A DNA stretch of 64,000 nucleotides from Anthoceros angustus (Eukaryota; Plantae; Anthocerotophyta): the NCBI GenBank assembly GCA_010909165.1, contig VJWM01000019.1:1550001-1614000 (forward strand), in the 5' to 3' direction. The translations under genes were made by a program, and so were the position numbers. This document shows positions 38,001-51,070 of this stretch, in pieces. The stretch's first letter is position 1; each line of letters begins with the position of its first letter. Below the pieces are notes generated by a model. The model was not told the origin of the DNA, searched no databases, and saw only the letters and a list, made by a program, of their open reading frames with translations.

Positions 38001-38119
38001 CGGATGAGTTGCGATATGCAGCGGATTTGACACTGTTTATCTTGTATGTCAGCCATAACTTGACCGAGATCCTTGTTTTCTTCCGCCCAGAGCCCAGTGG
38101 GTTTCCTTTTAGGAGCCAT
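35079..38119 (-). pseudogene. Intron-containing DUF3504/Crypton-type tyrosine recombinase (frameshifted as assembled; 3' end uncertain)
   Basis: Starts MAPKRK at 38119. Motifs LFDTFFHQVRIKD (~37350), FGVRGGEEL (~36865-36890; cf. FGLRGxxEH, catalytic R), WYAKLRVSKGMLSRFMKTM, EAGLVGYYTNKS-VTMITRL (~36345-36405; cf. AGLxGxxTNHSLRxT) and RYDRP (~36200, candidate catalytic Y). Confidence 0.72.
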
Positions 38120-39709
38120 CTGCAAAAGCGAGAACAGAACTGAGTGGTCAAGGAACTTGACAACACAAACATCCTGCAGGAGGTTGACAAAAAGACAAAA
38201 TAAAAAAAGCACTTACATGGTGTTCAGAACTTCCAGATAGGAACTCAAGGGTCTAACAATTGATTATAAAACAATCGAGGCGAGGATAGGGATGGGGGAT
38301 ATGGCACACATTCATTGAATATACACATTGTTAAATATTGAAATCCCCTCCACTTTTGGTTAGTGAGAACAGATAACTCCTTTTCAAACAACACCCACAT
38401 ACTTCCTGTAATAGAAGACTTTGTCGGCAAGTTAGATTGTAGAGAAAAAAAACAAACAAAAATAATGTTATCCGCAGTGCACAAACAGCGCAACAGACAA
38501 CGCAAACTACGAGATTCAATCATGACTTCAAATTCAGGCAAAAATGGTTATCCTGATTCACAGACAGACCAGAATCAGAATGTTGGCAGGCCAACCCTTC
38601 ACACGATGAACAATAAAGCCTACACACACAAGTAAAGAATTAGATTATTCACGAACAAAACTCACAAGATGATTTCTAGCTACGTAAAAAGACAACGAGG
38701 TAATTATCAATGAGGAGAAATCATCAAGTTTAAAATACAGTTCACATACCATATGCAGGGTTACACCCGAACAAAAGCGCCTTATCGTCCGCGGTTATAC
38801 GCATCAAAGCAAGAACCTTAGAATAAGAATGAGATGAAACGATTGAAGCGACAATGCAAACAATAACCAAAACCACAATTCAACAAGCGGCGTTGTCAAT
38901 AACGTACCAAGTTGGGTGCCGAGAGTCCAACTTGGCGGAAAACTTGACGCATCAAAAAAGCAAGATGGTAAGAAGACAATGAACAAGACTACTGCAGATT
39001 GCGTACAAAAGCGGGTAGCGAAATGACGATCGCTCACGATTACGTACCAAGTTGGGTGCGAACTAAGAGTTTAAATTTTCGGAAAACTTGTTGCATCAAA
39101 AAAGCAAGATGGTAAGAAGACAATGAAACAAAGACAGGAGTAAAATCATCACACCATGCGGTGACCTTACAAACTAAGCCAAAATGCAACCACAAAACCT
39201 CGAAGCTCTAAGTCGAAGAGAGTTACTCGGTCGTTTCATAAAGCGAACACCTAGGCCTTGAACAAAGAACAAACAAGAAACAATCACCTAGAATCCGAGC
39301 ACTCGGTCTGGCACGAGCACAATATCACGACATGCGGTGACCTTTATCTAAGCCTAGCGCAACAAAAGTTGCTATGAGCGAAAATAGTTCTGCGTTTCAT
39401 AAAGCGAACCCGGCGACAAAAACATGAAACAAAGAAACACGAACACTCGAAACAACGCAACAAGAATAACAAACAAAACGAAAACAAACAACGCAACAAG
39501 AATAACAAACAAGACCAAAACCGCACAAAGCGAAGCCAAAACAACAATGGAACCTACAAACAAAACGAAAACAAACAAGACCTTGGCCTTGAACAAACTT
39601 TCGAGACCTTGGCCTTCCCTACACATTGGCGCTAAGCCTAAAACACAAGCTGCGCACACACACACCTGACTCACGCAACCTGACTCCAACAGACGGCAAA
39701 GACTTGACT

Positions 39710-41240
39710 AGCGGGCGCCTTATATAGGCCACAAAACCCCCGTTCTCTCGCGCCCGCCCTCTCTCTCTCTACCTAATTTGAAACGAACCTAAGCTTCCAG
39801 GACACCAACAACCTGGTTCGCCATTCGCCGCCGCCAAACCTCAACCAAACCTAGTCATTTTCCAAACCTAGCCATGCACCAAACCTAAAATCCGAAGCTC
39901 TAAAGCGTAAGCGACTGCCCTCCGCCACGCCAGACCCTCGAACCATCTAGAACCCTAAAGGGACATAGCGGCTCTCACGCCAACACCCCGCCTCTTTGCC
40001 TCTGCGTCTCGGGTGGGCGTGAAGGTTCACCATGGTCTCATCGCTCCCCTCGCTCTCCGCGGAGGCTCTCTCACGTCACTGATCGCCCACCTCGGGTGAC
40101 GTTCAGAGGAGCCTCGTCACCAACGGAAAGTCAGGTTGTTTTGCTCTCTCATCACTTTAAACATCCGCCTTCTTCCATGATTTTCCTCACCTTGCCTTCT
40201 TCTACAGCCTTCCTCACACCTCGCACACCCACTCTCGGGTTGGTGTCTGCGTTCTCTCAGCCACCGCCCGCCGCCAAGCTTGTTTCCTTCGCCCACCACC
40301 ACGCAGCTGTGGTTCTTCTACCGCCCTACCGCCCGCACGCTTTCTTGTGTCTTCTCCTAGTCCACCTCGCCGAGTTCTTTTCTTCACCTCGCCCTCCATT
40401 GCGGTGTTGTCTTTTCTCTTAGTGAGGTGTGTTTCTCTTCTCTTCCTCCGGCCCTTGACCTTGACGCTTTTGAAGTACATGCATCAGCGTTCGTGCACTA
40501 CCCACCTGGTTTTCAGTACGTTTGCGGCGTTTCACACGCAGAAAGGTCGAGCGCGCTGAAGTTTGCGGTAGCTCGACTTTCATTGTATGCGTTTCTCTTT
40601 GTCCATCGATCATCGTGAACTTGTCGCGTGCAAACATCGTTTTGTTAAATGTTGTGTTTTGACGACCTTCATGCCTTTCATTTGATGCGGCTTGTTCTGC
40701 GGCTTTGTCTCGTGCCACTCGCACATAATCGGTCTTCACGAATGCTGCGGACTACTGCGTCAAACATGCGTGGCAGGTGCGCTTGACGTAAGTTGTTTCA
40801 CGCCAACGGTAGCTATCGCTGAACCTTGCATGCTGTCGCGGCATGCTTTATTGCATCGTGAGCGTTTGACGCGTCTCACAGTTCCGGTTGGTCATGACTT
40901 TTAACATTATTTTGATGCGAACAATTGGTTTTGTGAAGCAGAAGCGCGTATCGTGACGTAAGTAATTTGCCCAAATCAAGTGCGATTTCTTGTTCGATCG
41001 ATTTGTCTCTATGATAGTGTTCGATGGCTTTTGAATCGATGGAATACGGAAGCAATAACGATTTTCAAATCCAAGAAGGTACTTGATTGTTATTGTACGT
41101 TTCTTACTTTGCTTTTACTTTTACTAATATTTGTTGCGCAACCCCTAGAACTACAGATGCCACCACCAGGCGCTTACAAATTACTTCCCACCCATGGGGG
41201 ATCCGGGATATGACGCTAACGAGTTTGAACCACCACTGGA
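39710..41240 (+). repeat. TATA-containing promoter/5'-UTR-like segment present three times (also ~43510-44320 and ~44490-46145)
   Basis: Each copy begins ggcgccttatataggcc...ctctctctct; the first and third end at atgccacc...ttacttcccacccatggggatcc. Confidence 0.75.
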
Positions 41241-42835
41241 GATAAGAATCGAAAACATCTATGCATGCAAAGTCATTCCCTAAAAGACAAAAACCGCACA
41301 AAGCGAAGCCAAAACAACACTCGAAACAACGCAACAAACAAAGACGGCGAGAGCCGAACACTACGGCCAGGCGACAATCAAGACAAAAACCGCACAAAGC
41401 GAAGCCAAAACAACAATGGAACCTACAAACAAAACGAAAACAAACAAGACCAAAACCGCACAAAGCGAAGCCAAAACAACAATGGAACCTACAAACAAAA
41501 CGAAAACAAACAAAGCGAAGCCAAAACAACAATGGAAAGAACAAAAGCGAAAACAAACAACGCAACAAAACACAAAGGGCGAATACAAGAATCAAAACAT
41601 CTATGCATGCAAAGTCATTCCCTAAGAACAAAACGCGCACGAATATGACATTTACATACGAAAACAAACAAGACCAAAACCGCACAAAGCGAAGCCAAAA
41701 CAACAATGGAACCTACAAACAAACAAACAACGCGCAAATAACAAAACGAAGGCGTAGAGACAAGAATCGAAAACATCTATGCATGCAAAGTCATTCCTAA
41801 AAAAGAACAAAAGGCATAAGCGAACACGTATCAGACGGCGACATACGAAAAATGAAACAAAGACGGCGAGAGCCAAAAACATACGACGACAATCGAGACC
41901 AAAACCGCACAAAGCGAAGCCAAAACAACAATGGAAGAACAAAACGAAAACAAACAAAGACCAAAACCGCACAAAGCGAAGCCAAAACAACAATGGAACC
42001 TACAAACAAAACGAAAACAAACAAAGCGAAGCCAAAACAACAATGGAAGAACAAAAGCGAAAACAAACAACGCAACAAAACTTGAACAAACAACGCAACA
42101 AGAATCGAAACATCTATGCATGCAAAGGCCTTCACCCTAAAAGACAATGAAACAAAGAAACAAAGACAATGAAACAAAGACAATGAAACAAAGACAAAAA
42201 CCGCACAAAGCGAAGCCAAAAAAGCAAGAACCTTGAACAAACAAAGACAAAAACCGCACAAAGCGAAGCCAAAACAACAATGGAAGAACGAGAACAGACA
42301 ATGAAACAAAGAAACAAAGAAACAAAGAACATGAGCAAAGGCCTTCACCCTAAAGCGAACAAACAAGACCTTGGCCTTGAACAAACAAGACCTTGGCCTT
42401 GAACAAACAAGACCTTGGCCTTGAACAAACAAGACCTTGGCCTTGAACAAACAAGACCTTGGCCTTGAAGAACCAAAACAACAAACAAGACCTTGGCCTT
42501 GAAGAACTTTCGAGACCTTGGCCTTGAACAAACAACGAAAAGGCATGAGCCTTGGCCTTGAACAAACAAAGAACCTTGAACAAAGGCCTTAGCCTTGGCG
42601 AGCACGGAAAACTTGAACAAACACTTAGCCTTGGCCTTGAACAAACACCTAGGCCTTGAAGGGCGGCCTGAAGGCCTTAGCCTTGGAAAACAGAGCGAAA
42701 GAACAATGGCTCGAAACTAGAACTCAACACGTCCTAAGCCTTTGGAGGAGACCACAGAAGCACCTTGAAGCGGCGTGCCACAAAAGCCTTGGCCTTGAAC
42801 AAACACTTAGCCTTGGCCTTGAACAAACAAGACCT
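41240..42835. repeat. A/C-rich complex tandem repeat array
   Basis: Many copies of aaaaccgcacaaagcgaagccaaaacaacaatggaa and of the 22-mer aacaaacaagaccttggccttg (5 tandem units at ~42358-42468). Confidence 0.85.
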
Positions 42836-45800
42836 TGGACCATGATCTGTTCCGTCCATTTGCAGTGGAGTAGCGAGTCCCACGACACAAGACGTCTCCC
42901 TTGCATCGCACAACAAGCGGCAAAGGCTCGGTTGTGGCATACGCCTAGGTCATCCTCACATGGCAAAGCTACAAAATTGGTGACTGTATCAAGATGGACC
43001 TATTGGCCCTTGACTCCTATACCCTTATGTGAGGCTTGTGTTTTGTCGAAGAAACACCAAGCTGCCTTCAAGAACAAAGCACCTCACCGTGCTTGATGTA
43101 CTTGAGCTTGCATCGATTTGTGTGGACCCTTATCTCAAGCGTCCATTGGTGGTGGGCGTTATTTCTTAACGTTCTGAGATGACAAAAGCGGTTGTCACCA
43201 CCACATCCCAAGAACAAGAGCGAATGTTTCTCCTATTTCAAGGAATACATCAAGTTCATTTGAGCGTTGGGCGAGAAAGCGGCTCAAGACACTAAGATCG
43301 GACAATGGCGAATTCACCTCTAATGAATTCCAGCGATTCTGTAAAGATGAAGAGCCTTGGCCTTGAAATACAACTTCAAAGAACACACACAATTTGGCCT
43401 TGAACAAACACTTAGCCTTGGCCTTGAAATACAACTTCAAAGAACACACACAATTTGGCCTTGAACAAACAAGACCTTGGCCTTGAACAAACAAGACCTT
43501 GGCCTTGAAGCAGGCGCCTTATATAGGCCACCAAACCCTACCGTTCTCGCTCTGTCGCCGCCACTCTCTCTCTCTACCGACCTAATTTGAAAGAGCCTTG
43601 GCCTTGAAATACAACTTCAAAGAACACACAAACCAACCTCGGTTCGCCATTCGACCGCCGCCACACCTCAACCAAACCTAGTCATTCTATTCCAAACCTA
43701 GCCATGCATCCAAACCTAAAATCCGAAGCTCTAAGCGGCGTAAGCGACTGCCCTCCGCCACGCACAGACCCTCGAACCTTGAACCCTAAAAGGGACTACA
43801 TAGCGGCTCTCACGCCAACACCCCGCCTCTTTGCCTCTGCGTCTCGGGTGGGCGTGAAGGTTCACCATGGTCTCATCGCTCCCCTCGCTCTCCGCGGAGG
43901 CTCTCTCACGTCACTGATCGCCCACCTCGGTGACGTTCAGAGGAGCCTCGTCACCAACGGAAAGTCAGGTTGTTTGCTCTCTCATCACTTTAAACATCAC
44001 GCCTTTTCTTGCCCTTGATTTTCCCTCACGACCTTGGCCTTGAACAAACACTTAGCCTTGGCCTTGAAATACAACTTCAAAGAACACACGCACTCTCGGG
44101 TTGGTGTCTGGTTCTCTCAGCCACCGCCCACCGCCAAGCTGTGTTTCCTTCGCCCACCACCACGCAGCTGTGGTTCTTCTACCACGCCCTACCGCCCGCA
44201 CGCTTTTCTTGTGTCTTCTCCTAGTCCACCTCGCCGAGTTCTTTTCTTCACCTCGCCCTCACCATTGCGGTGTTGTCTTTTCTCTTAGTGAGGTGTGTTT
44301 CCTCTTCTCTTCCTCCGGCCCTTGAAATACAACTTCAAAGAACACACACAATTTGGCCTTGAACAAACACTTAGCCTTGGCCTTGAAATACAACTTCAAA
44401 GAACACACAAACCGCATAAGCTCACGCAACCTGCACTCCATCTACTCCAATAGAATATGTGTGATTTAACCAAAACACCTTGGCCTTGAAGCAGGCGCCT
44501 TATATAGGCCACCAAACCCTACCGTTCTCGCTCTGTCGCCGCCACTCTCTCTCTACCGACCTAATTTGAATCGAACCTAAGCTTAGCGGACAACCAAACC
44601 AACCTCGGTTCGCCATTCGACCGCCGCCACACCTCAACCAAACCTAGTCTTGTCAAACCTAGCCATGCATCCAAACCTAAAATCAAGCTCTAGCGGCGTA
44701 AGCGAAGCTGCGGGCCCTCAGCGCCGCACGCTAGACCCTCGAACCCCAGAACCCTAAAAGGGACTACATAGCGGCTCTCACAAACTACACCACCGGCCAT
44801 TCCTCTCGTCTCTGTGCAGGCGTGAAGGTTCACCTATCTGCGCCCCTCTAACGCGTCCGGCGGCCATGCTCACGTCACGGTGATCGCCACCTCGTGACAA
44901 GGGGACACGTTTGCAGGAGCCTCGACCACAGAAAAGTTGGTTTTGTTTCTCTCATCACTTTAAACATCACGCCTTTTCTTGCCCTTGATTTTCCCTCGCT
45001 CCTCGCTTCTTCCGCACGCCCTCACACACACGCACTCTCGGGTTGGTGTCTGGTTCTCTCCTGCCACCGCCCACCCGCACGCCCGGCTGTGTTTCCTTCA
45101 CGCCCTACCACCACGCCCTTGTCTGGTTCTTCTGACCCTCACCGCCCGCAACTGTTGTATCTTCTCCTAGTCCACGCCCAACTCGCCCGAGTTCTTTTCT
45201 TCACCTTCGCCCTCACCAGGTGGTTGTCTTTTCTCTTAGTGAGGTGTGTTTCCTCTTCTGCTTCCTGGCCACCCCTGCTTTTTGAAGTACATGCATCAGC
45301 GTTCGTGCACTACCCACCTCGGTTTTCGAGCACGTTTGCGGGCGTTTCGCACACGCAAGAAAGGTCGAGCGCGCTGAAGTTTGCGGTAGCTCGACTTTCG
45401 TGTATGCGTTTCATGTTTATTTGTCCCATCATCTTGTGCTTCTTTCGGGGTTCCTTGCAAACATCAAGCCGGTTAATTGCCTTGTGTTTTTACGCTATCA
45501 TCTCGGCGTCCTTTCATTTGATGTAGTTTTAGTGCTTTTGTCTGTAGCCACTCGAGACACATAATAACTCGGATTTTCACTTCAACCGCAGCGAGGACTA
45601 CTACGTCCGCGCGTGTCGTTCGTGCTTGACACCAGTTGTTTTCACTTTGCCTTATTACGAGCTCGTGATGAACCTTGCATGTAGCGATCCGCGACATGCG
45701 TTTGGTTTTGAAACATTTGTTGCAAGCAGGCAGCGATTCTTTAGGCAAGCGGATTGTCGAACGATTTTAACATTATTTTGATGCGGACAATTGGTTTCGC

Positions 45801-46051
45801 GTGAAGCACTCGGGCGTTGATCGTGAGCGTAAGTAATTTGCCCAAATCAAGTGCGATTTCTTGTTGATCGATTTGTCTCTATGATAAGTGTTCTGATGGC
45901 CTTTTGAATCAGGATGGAATCTGAGAACGGAAGCAATAACGATTTTCAAATCCAAGAAGGTACTTGATTGTTATTCGTATTTTCGTTTCTTACTTTGCTT
46001 TTACTTTTACTAATATTTGTTGCGCAACCCCCTGCAGACAGCAACTACAGG

Positions 46052-47601
46052 ATGCCACCCTGTGAGCGCTACTCTGACAAATTACTTCCCACCCATGGGG
46101 ATCCAGGATATGCCTTCGAGTTTGAACCACCACTGCTGGAGATAAGGAAAATCGTAGAAAAAGGTATTCAGGAAAAATGATTGCAGTTAGTCATGTATAT
46201 TCTCGTTGGTCAGAGTCTAACAAAACCCGTGGGTTGCAGTCCTCTGCGAGCACACAATGTTCTCTGTCATGGACAAACAAGACCTCAAGCATCTTTGCGA
46301 GATGCCTGCCCAGTTGAATAAGATAAAGAAGGTAAGCACTTTTCTTTAATTCATCTAATTATGCTCAAATCCAAAATCTTAACCCTAAATTTATCTCTGC
46401 GGGATATCAAAAGAACCTTGAACAACGACTCAATTGGAGTGAAGCGTACACTTGTGGAAAGGTTTAATGGACACCGATTTCAATGCAAACAATGTTGGAG
46501 GGATATCAAAGTTCAATCCAGCGATCGAGGTAATCTGAAATTATATTCATACCTTTTTTTGTCTTCACATGCTTCTTTGCTCATAACATGGGATTACAGA
46601 ATGCTGGAAAACAAGCTATTGCCGCAAAAAACATAAAGGACAAAGTCGATAAGATTGACAACAACATTGACAACGCAGCCATCTCCAATCGTATACAAAA
46701 GTATTAGGTATATAATGTGCATTAATATGATTTTGGTTTAAGAAATTAATGATTTTGGTTTTGATCGGGCAAAAAGAGAAAAATTGATGACTTCAAGGAG
46801 GATGGACCAACTTACGGGCCGTCACTTGAGTTCACCGAGTTTGGAAAGTGGATGAGCAATTTTCAATATCCACCACTTTTCAAGACTTTAAAGATAAGTA
46901 TTCGCACTTTGGGAGCATAGTCTAAAGAGCAAGTACAGCCATCTTGAATGAAGATGGGTCCAACCCAACATTCGAGCGATGCAGACAAATCCAAGCAAGT
47001 AAGCGATAACTTCTCTTTCTCTATTATTTTCATTACATATAATTCTATGTAATGTAATTACATGCATTGAATGCGAGATAGGGCAGCAATTGAAAATAAG
47101 GAGTTGAAAGCAGACTTGTTGTCTCTCATGGAAGAACCGGAGACAACTAAAAATATTCAAAAGGTACATCGTTTGAAAGGTAATATCTGCTTGCATTCCA
47201 AAAAATTCTAATGTTTATGTTTCTTGAACATACGATCACATTTCCGATGTGGGGAATCTTCACAGACGTGTTTAACGCTTGTCGAAAAGGTATATGCAAA
47301 GAAAGATCTTCTCCGAATTGAAATGGAGGTAAATGACTAATTACTTTTACTTTTTGTTTGTAGTTATCGGAGAATCAAAACGAGTTGTTTTCACTCTTTG
47401 AGGTGAGTACTAAAGTTAAAAAATAGATAAGTTTTATATATGAATTCTGACAACGGTTTAAATTGCAGAAATATTCTCGCTTGGACGAAATATTCGAAAT
47501 GATAATACATTTATCTGGACCATACAATCAGCAGCTCAAAAAGTACTATTCTGAAGAGACGGGACGACCAGAACCATATTACACTCCATCTACTCCAATA
47601 G
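46052..47601 (+). pseudogene. Second, divergently oriented multi-exon gene of unknown function inside the Crypton-like element
   Basis: ATG at 46052 downstream of the TATA segment; coding-like blocks (LVERFNGHRFQCKQCWRD; DDFKEDGPTYGPSLEFTEFGKWM) separated by short AT-rich GT...AG stretches. Confidence 0.4.
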
Positions 47602-47948
47602 AATATGTGTGATTTAACCAAAACTATTTTGATTAGAGCCTAATTACGACAGTGACGAAGATAATCCTTTTATTGTGTAAAAGGATTGAAAAACGAAAAT
47701 AATCTGATGAAGGCAGAAATTCTTGTAAGAGAGAGAGAAATGACATATAAGCCGGGTGGTATAGGCACCCAGTCTATACAAGTTCACAAACCTCGGCTCC
47801 CGCCTTGGTCTGCAGTCGAGTTGGGCGCGTCTCGGCCCCGGACTCGGCGCTCCCGCCGAGGAGCGGGACGCGTCGGGCGCCGCGACCTAGAACGGTCTCG
47901 GCCTCACGGCCTCGACCGTTCTCGGCCGTGACGCCCCTCAGCGTCCGT

Positions 47949-50900
47949 TCCCCTATCTGGGATTCGATCAATATGTTTACCTTGGGGACGATAGGTCTCT
48001 AGTCTCACTGGTCGTGGCATTGAGTTAATAGTTCCTCGGAAACACACTCAAGTTAGAAGATGTCTACTATGTGCGAGATGACTAGAAACACGATCTCATT
48101 AGAAGATTGAATCGAAAACATCATATCATCGTATTCACTCCTATGAGAATCATAGATGCATTTGACCCTAGAAAGGTACTTGCGCATGGGTCTTGGACCA
48201 TGATCATTAGTCTCCATTTGCATGGAGTAGCGAGTCCCACGACACAAGGCGTCTCCCTTGCATCGCACAACAAACAGCAAAGGCTCGGTTGTGGCATGCG
48301 CCTAGGTCATCCTCACATGGCAAAGCTACAAAATTGGGCATGAGTGACACATCAAGATGGACCTATTGGCCCCTTGACTCCTATACCCTTATGTGAGGCT
48401 TGTGTTTTGTCGAAGAAACACCAAGCTGCCTTCAAGAACAAAGCACCTCACCGTGCTTGATGTACTTGAGCTTGTACATCGATTTGTGTGGACCCTTATC
48501 TCAAGCGTCCATTGGTGGTGGGCGTTATTTCTTAACGTTCTGAGATGACAAAAGTAGATTTGTCACCACCTACATCCCAAGAACAAGAGCGAATGTTTCT
48601 CCTATTTCAAGGAATACATCAAGTTATTTGAGCGTTGGACGAGCGGCTCAAGACACTAAGATCGGACAATGGCGGGAATTCACCTCTAATGAATTCCAGC
48701 GATTACTGTAAAGATGAAGGCATTGGGCGTCAACTCACGGTGGTATACACTCCCGGGAATGGAGTGGCGGGCGTTTGAATCTCACCTGCGAGATGGTCTC
48801 CTCATTCGCATGATGCTCAAGCGCCCTTACCTTCGGGCGAGGCTTTGATGACCTCAACCTTTCTTGAACAGTTACCCACCACAGTGAAGGCAAAACTCCT
48901 TATGAAGCTTTTACAGTGACCATCCATCCGACTTGAGGGGCGTTTCGCCTTGCATATGCCTTCATACACAGACGAGCGAACCAAGCTTTCATAAGGCCCG
49001 AGTTGCTCATGTTGGGATACGGAGGGATAAAAGCATATAAACTATATGATGTTCCTTCTAACAAGGTCATTTATGCTCGAGTGTTACCTTCGATGAAACA
49101 AAGACTTGGGCTTGGTGGGAGCACATGTTCATGCTCGAACTGGCGAGGATAGTCTTGAGCTTTCTCATTATGATCGGCGGATCATGGTACTCGAGCTCTG
49201 TTGATGAAAATGTTCTGCGGAGGGAAAATCGGCGGTGTTTGAAGAAGAACACGAAATTCAACTTGACATGCCCGCCGGATATGAGGATCACATTCCTCAA
49301 CGGATCAAGCACTTGCTGATGCAACGGTGAAGATGAAGTGATCGAATGCAACTAACGAGGAAGAAGATTATGTTTGAACGAACTTGAACAAGATCTAGAC
49401 CCTCAACGAACAAGAACACAGCGAGCTTGCTCGACTTTACCCTACTCGAAACGTCGACCTCCGATTATCGTGCCCCGATTATCGTATTTCCTCTTCACAT
49501 GTGAAAGCATATCGCTACTAACCTCGACCACTGTAGAACCACGGTCTTATGCGAGGCTTTGAGCGACGATCACAAGGAGTGGGAGAAAGCTATAAAATCG
49601 AATATGACTCATTGATTGAGAACGGCACATGGGAGTTGTCAAAATTACCTCTGGCGGAAAAATGGTGTCTTGTAAGTGGGTCTTCAAATTGAAAGTCAAG
49701 GCTGATGGTACCTTGATAGGTACAAGGCAAGACTAGTGGCTCGTGGATTTTCACAAGTTCGGTGGACTATTTGGAGACATTCGCTCCGGTTGTGAAGCGC
49801 CAACCATACGAGCATTATGTGCAATATCGACCTAAGGACTATGAGCGCAAATGTTTGATGTCAAAAGATTCTTGAATGGCAAGCTTGACACGAAATATGC
49901 ACGACCTCACAGTATGTAGTCAAAGGAAAGGAGGATTATGTATGTAAACTTATTAAGACTCTGTACGGGTTGAAGCAGTCTGCAATGGCTTGGAACGCAG
50001 AACTTGATGCTGAGCTTTTAGCATTAGGTTTCACCAAAAGCCAAGCAGATGGTAGCCTGTACATCTACAAGAAAGGTGACATCGTCTGTGACCTAGCAGT
50101 CTATGTAGATGACCTGATCTTGTCAGGTAACGATGCAGGTTTTATCAAAAGATTCTTGACACCTTGCAACTAAGTTTAAGATGTCCGACTTGGTGATCTT
50201 GAGTTGTCTTGGTATACATGTTGAAGCGGGGTTATCACTCTCACAACCAAGATACATACTCGAAAGTGCGAGCTAGGTTTGAAGGATGCAAAGCCGGTGC
50301 TACACCCCTACCAAGTGGAATCAAGCTAAGTTCGAAATGTCCCCACAATGTAGAGAAGGAAAGGATGTTAGCCGTACCTTATAGGCAGCTGTTGGAAACT
50401 CATATATGCGACAAACACTACTCGTATGGAAGTTGCCTTTGCTACTAGCGCTCTCTCACGGTTCTGGAGAACCCCGAGGACGAGCACTTGGACAAGCATT
50501 AAAAGAGTCATTAGATACTTGAAGGGGACACCACATCGAGGGATAAAATATTGCCACACACCTGGACAGCAACTTGAACTCGAGGTCTTCACCGATTTTG
50601 ACTATGTTGGAAACGTGGACAACAAGAGATCTGTTTCTGGTTACGTTGTGAGCATAGCAGGTGGACCGATTTGCTGGATGAGCAAGAAACAGCCCACAGT
50701 TGCTCTATCGAGCAACGAGGCTGAATATAGAGTCCTTACAGCAGCTTGCAAAGAGATCATTTGGTGCAAGCTACTCCTTAGCGAAATGGGTATACCATTA
50801 CCTACCTGTACGCTCATAAGGACCGACAGCCAGGGCCCCATGTCACTTGCTCAGAACCCGGTATTTCATGCAAGAACAAAGCATATCGAGGTTGAGTATC

Positions 50901-51070
50901 ATTTTATCAGAGACCTAATCAAGGCAGGTAAAATCAACCTCGAGTATGTGGCAACGCAAGACAATCCAGACATATTGACTAAGGCTCTAGGAAAAGAGCT
51001 TCACGAGAAACATGTTAAAAGTCTTGGCCTTGGAGACTCCTCGGAGTTCCTTGGCGATGCGACAAAGTAA
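47949..51070 (+). pseudogene. copia pol remainder: protease C-terminus, GAG-pre-integrase, integrase, RT, RNase H (frameshifted)
   Basis: LWHMRLGHPH, LRSDNGGEF, YKARLVARGF, LYGLKQSA, LAVYVDDL, WMSKKQPTVALSSNEAEY, NPVFHARTKHIEVEYHFIRD. Confidence 0.92.

Larger units (their letters stand above)
34275..47948 (-). mobile_element. Crypton-like tyrosine-recombinase DNA transposon inserted in the copia protease region
   Basis: Copia reading stops at EFKTYV (34274) and resumes near 47949 (..YVYLGDDRSL..LKLEDVYYV). CGT is shared at both junctions. Asymmetric subterminal inverted repeat at 34289-34311 and 47821-47843 (19/23). Internal tyrosine-recombinase gene. Confidence 0.7.

Noticed and set aside
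41104-42644. Long K/Q/N/T-rich and F/C/L/V-rich ORFs on both strands
   Set aside because: Translations of A/C-rich tandem repeats; no domain content.
42358-44410. Regularly recurring ccttggccttgaa repeats resembling a CRISPR array
   Set aside because: Units are tandem or separated by repeated rather than unique spacers; eukaryotic context; no cas genes.
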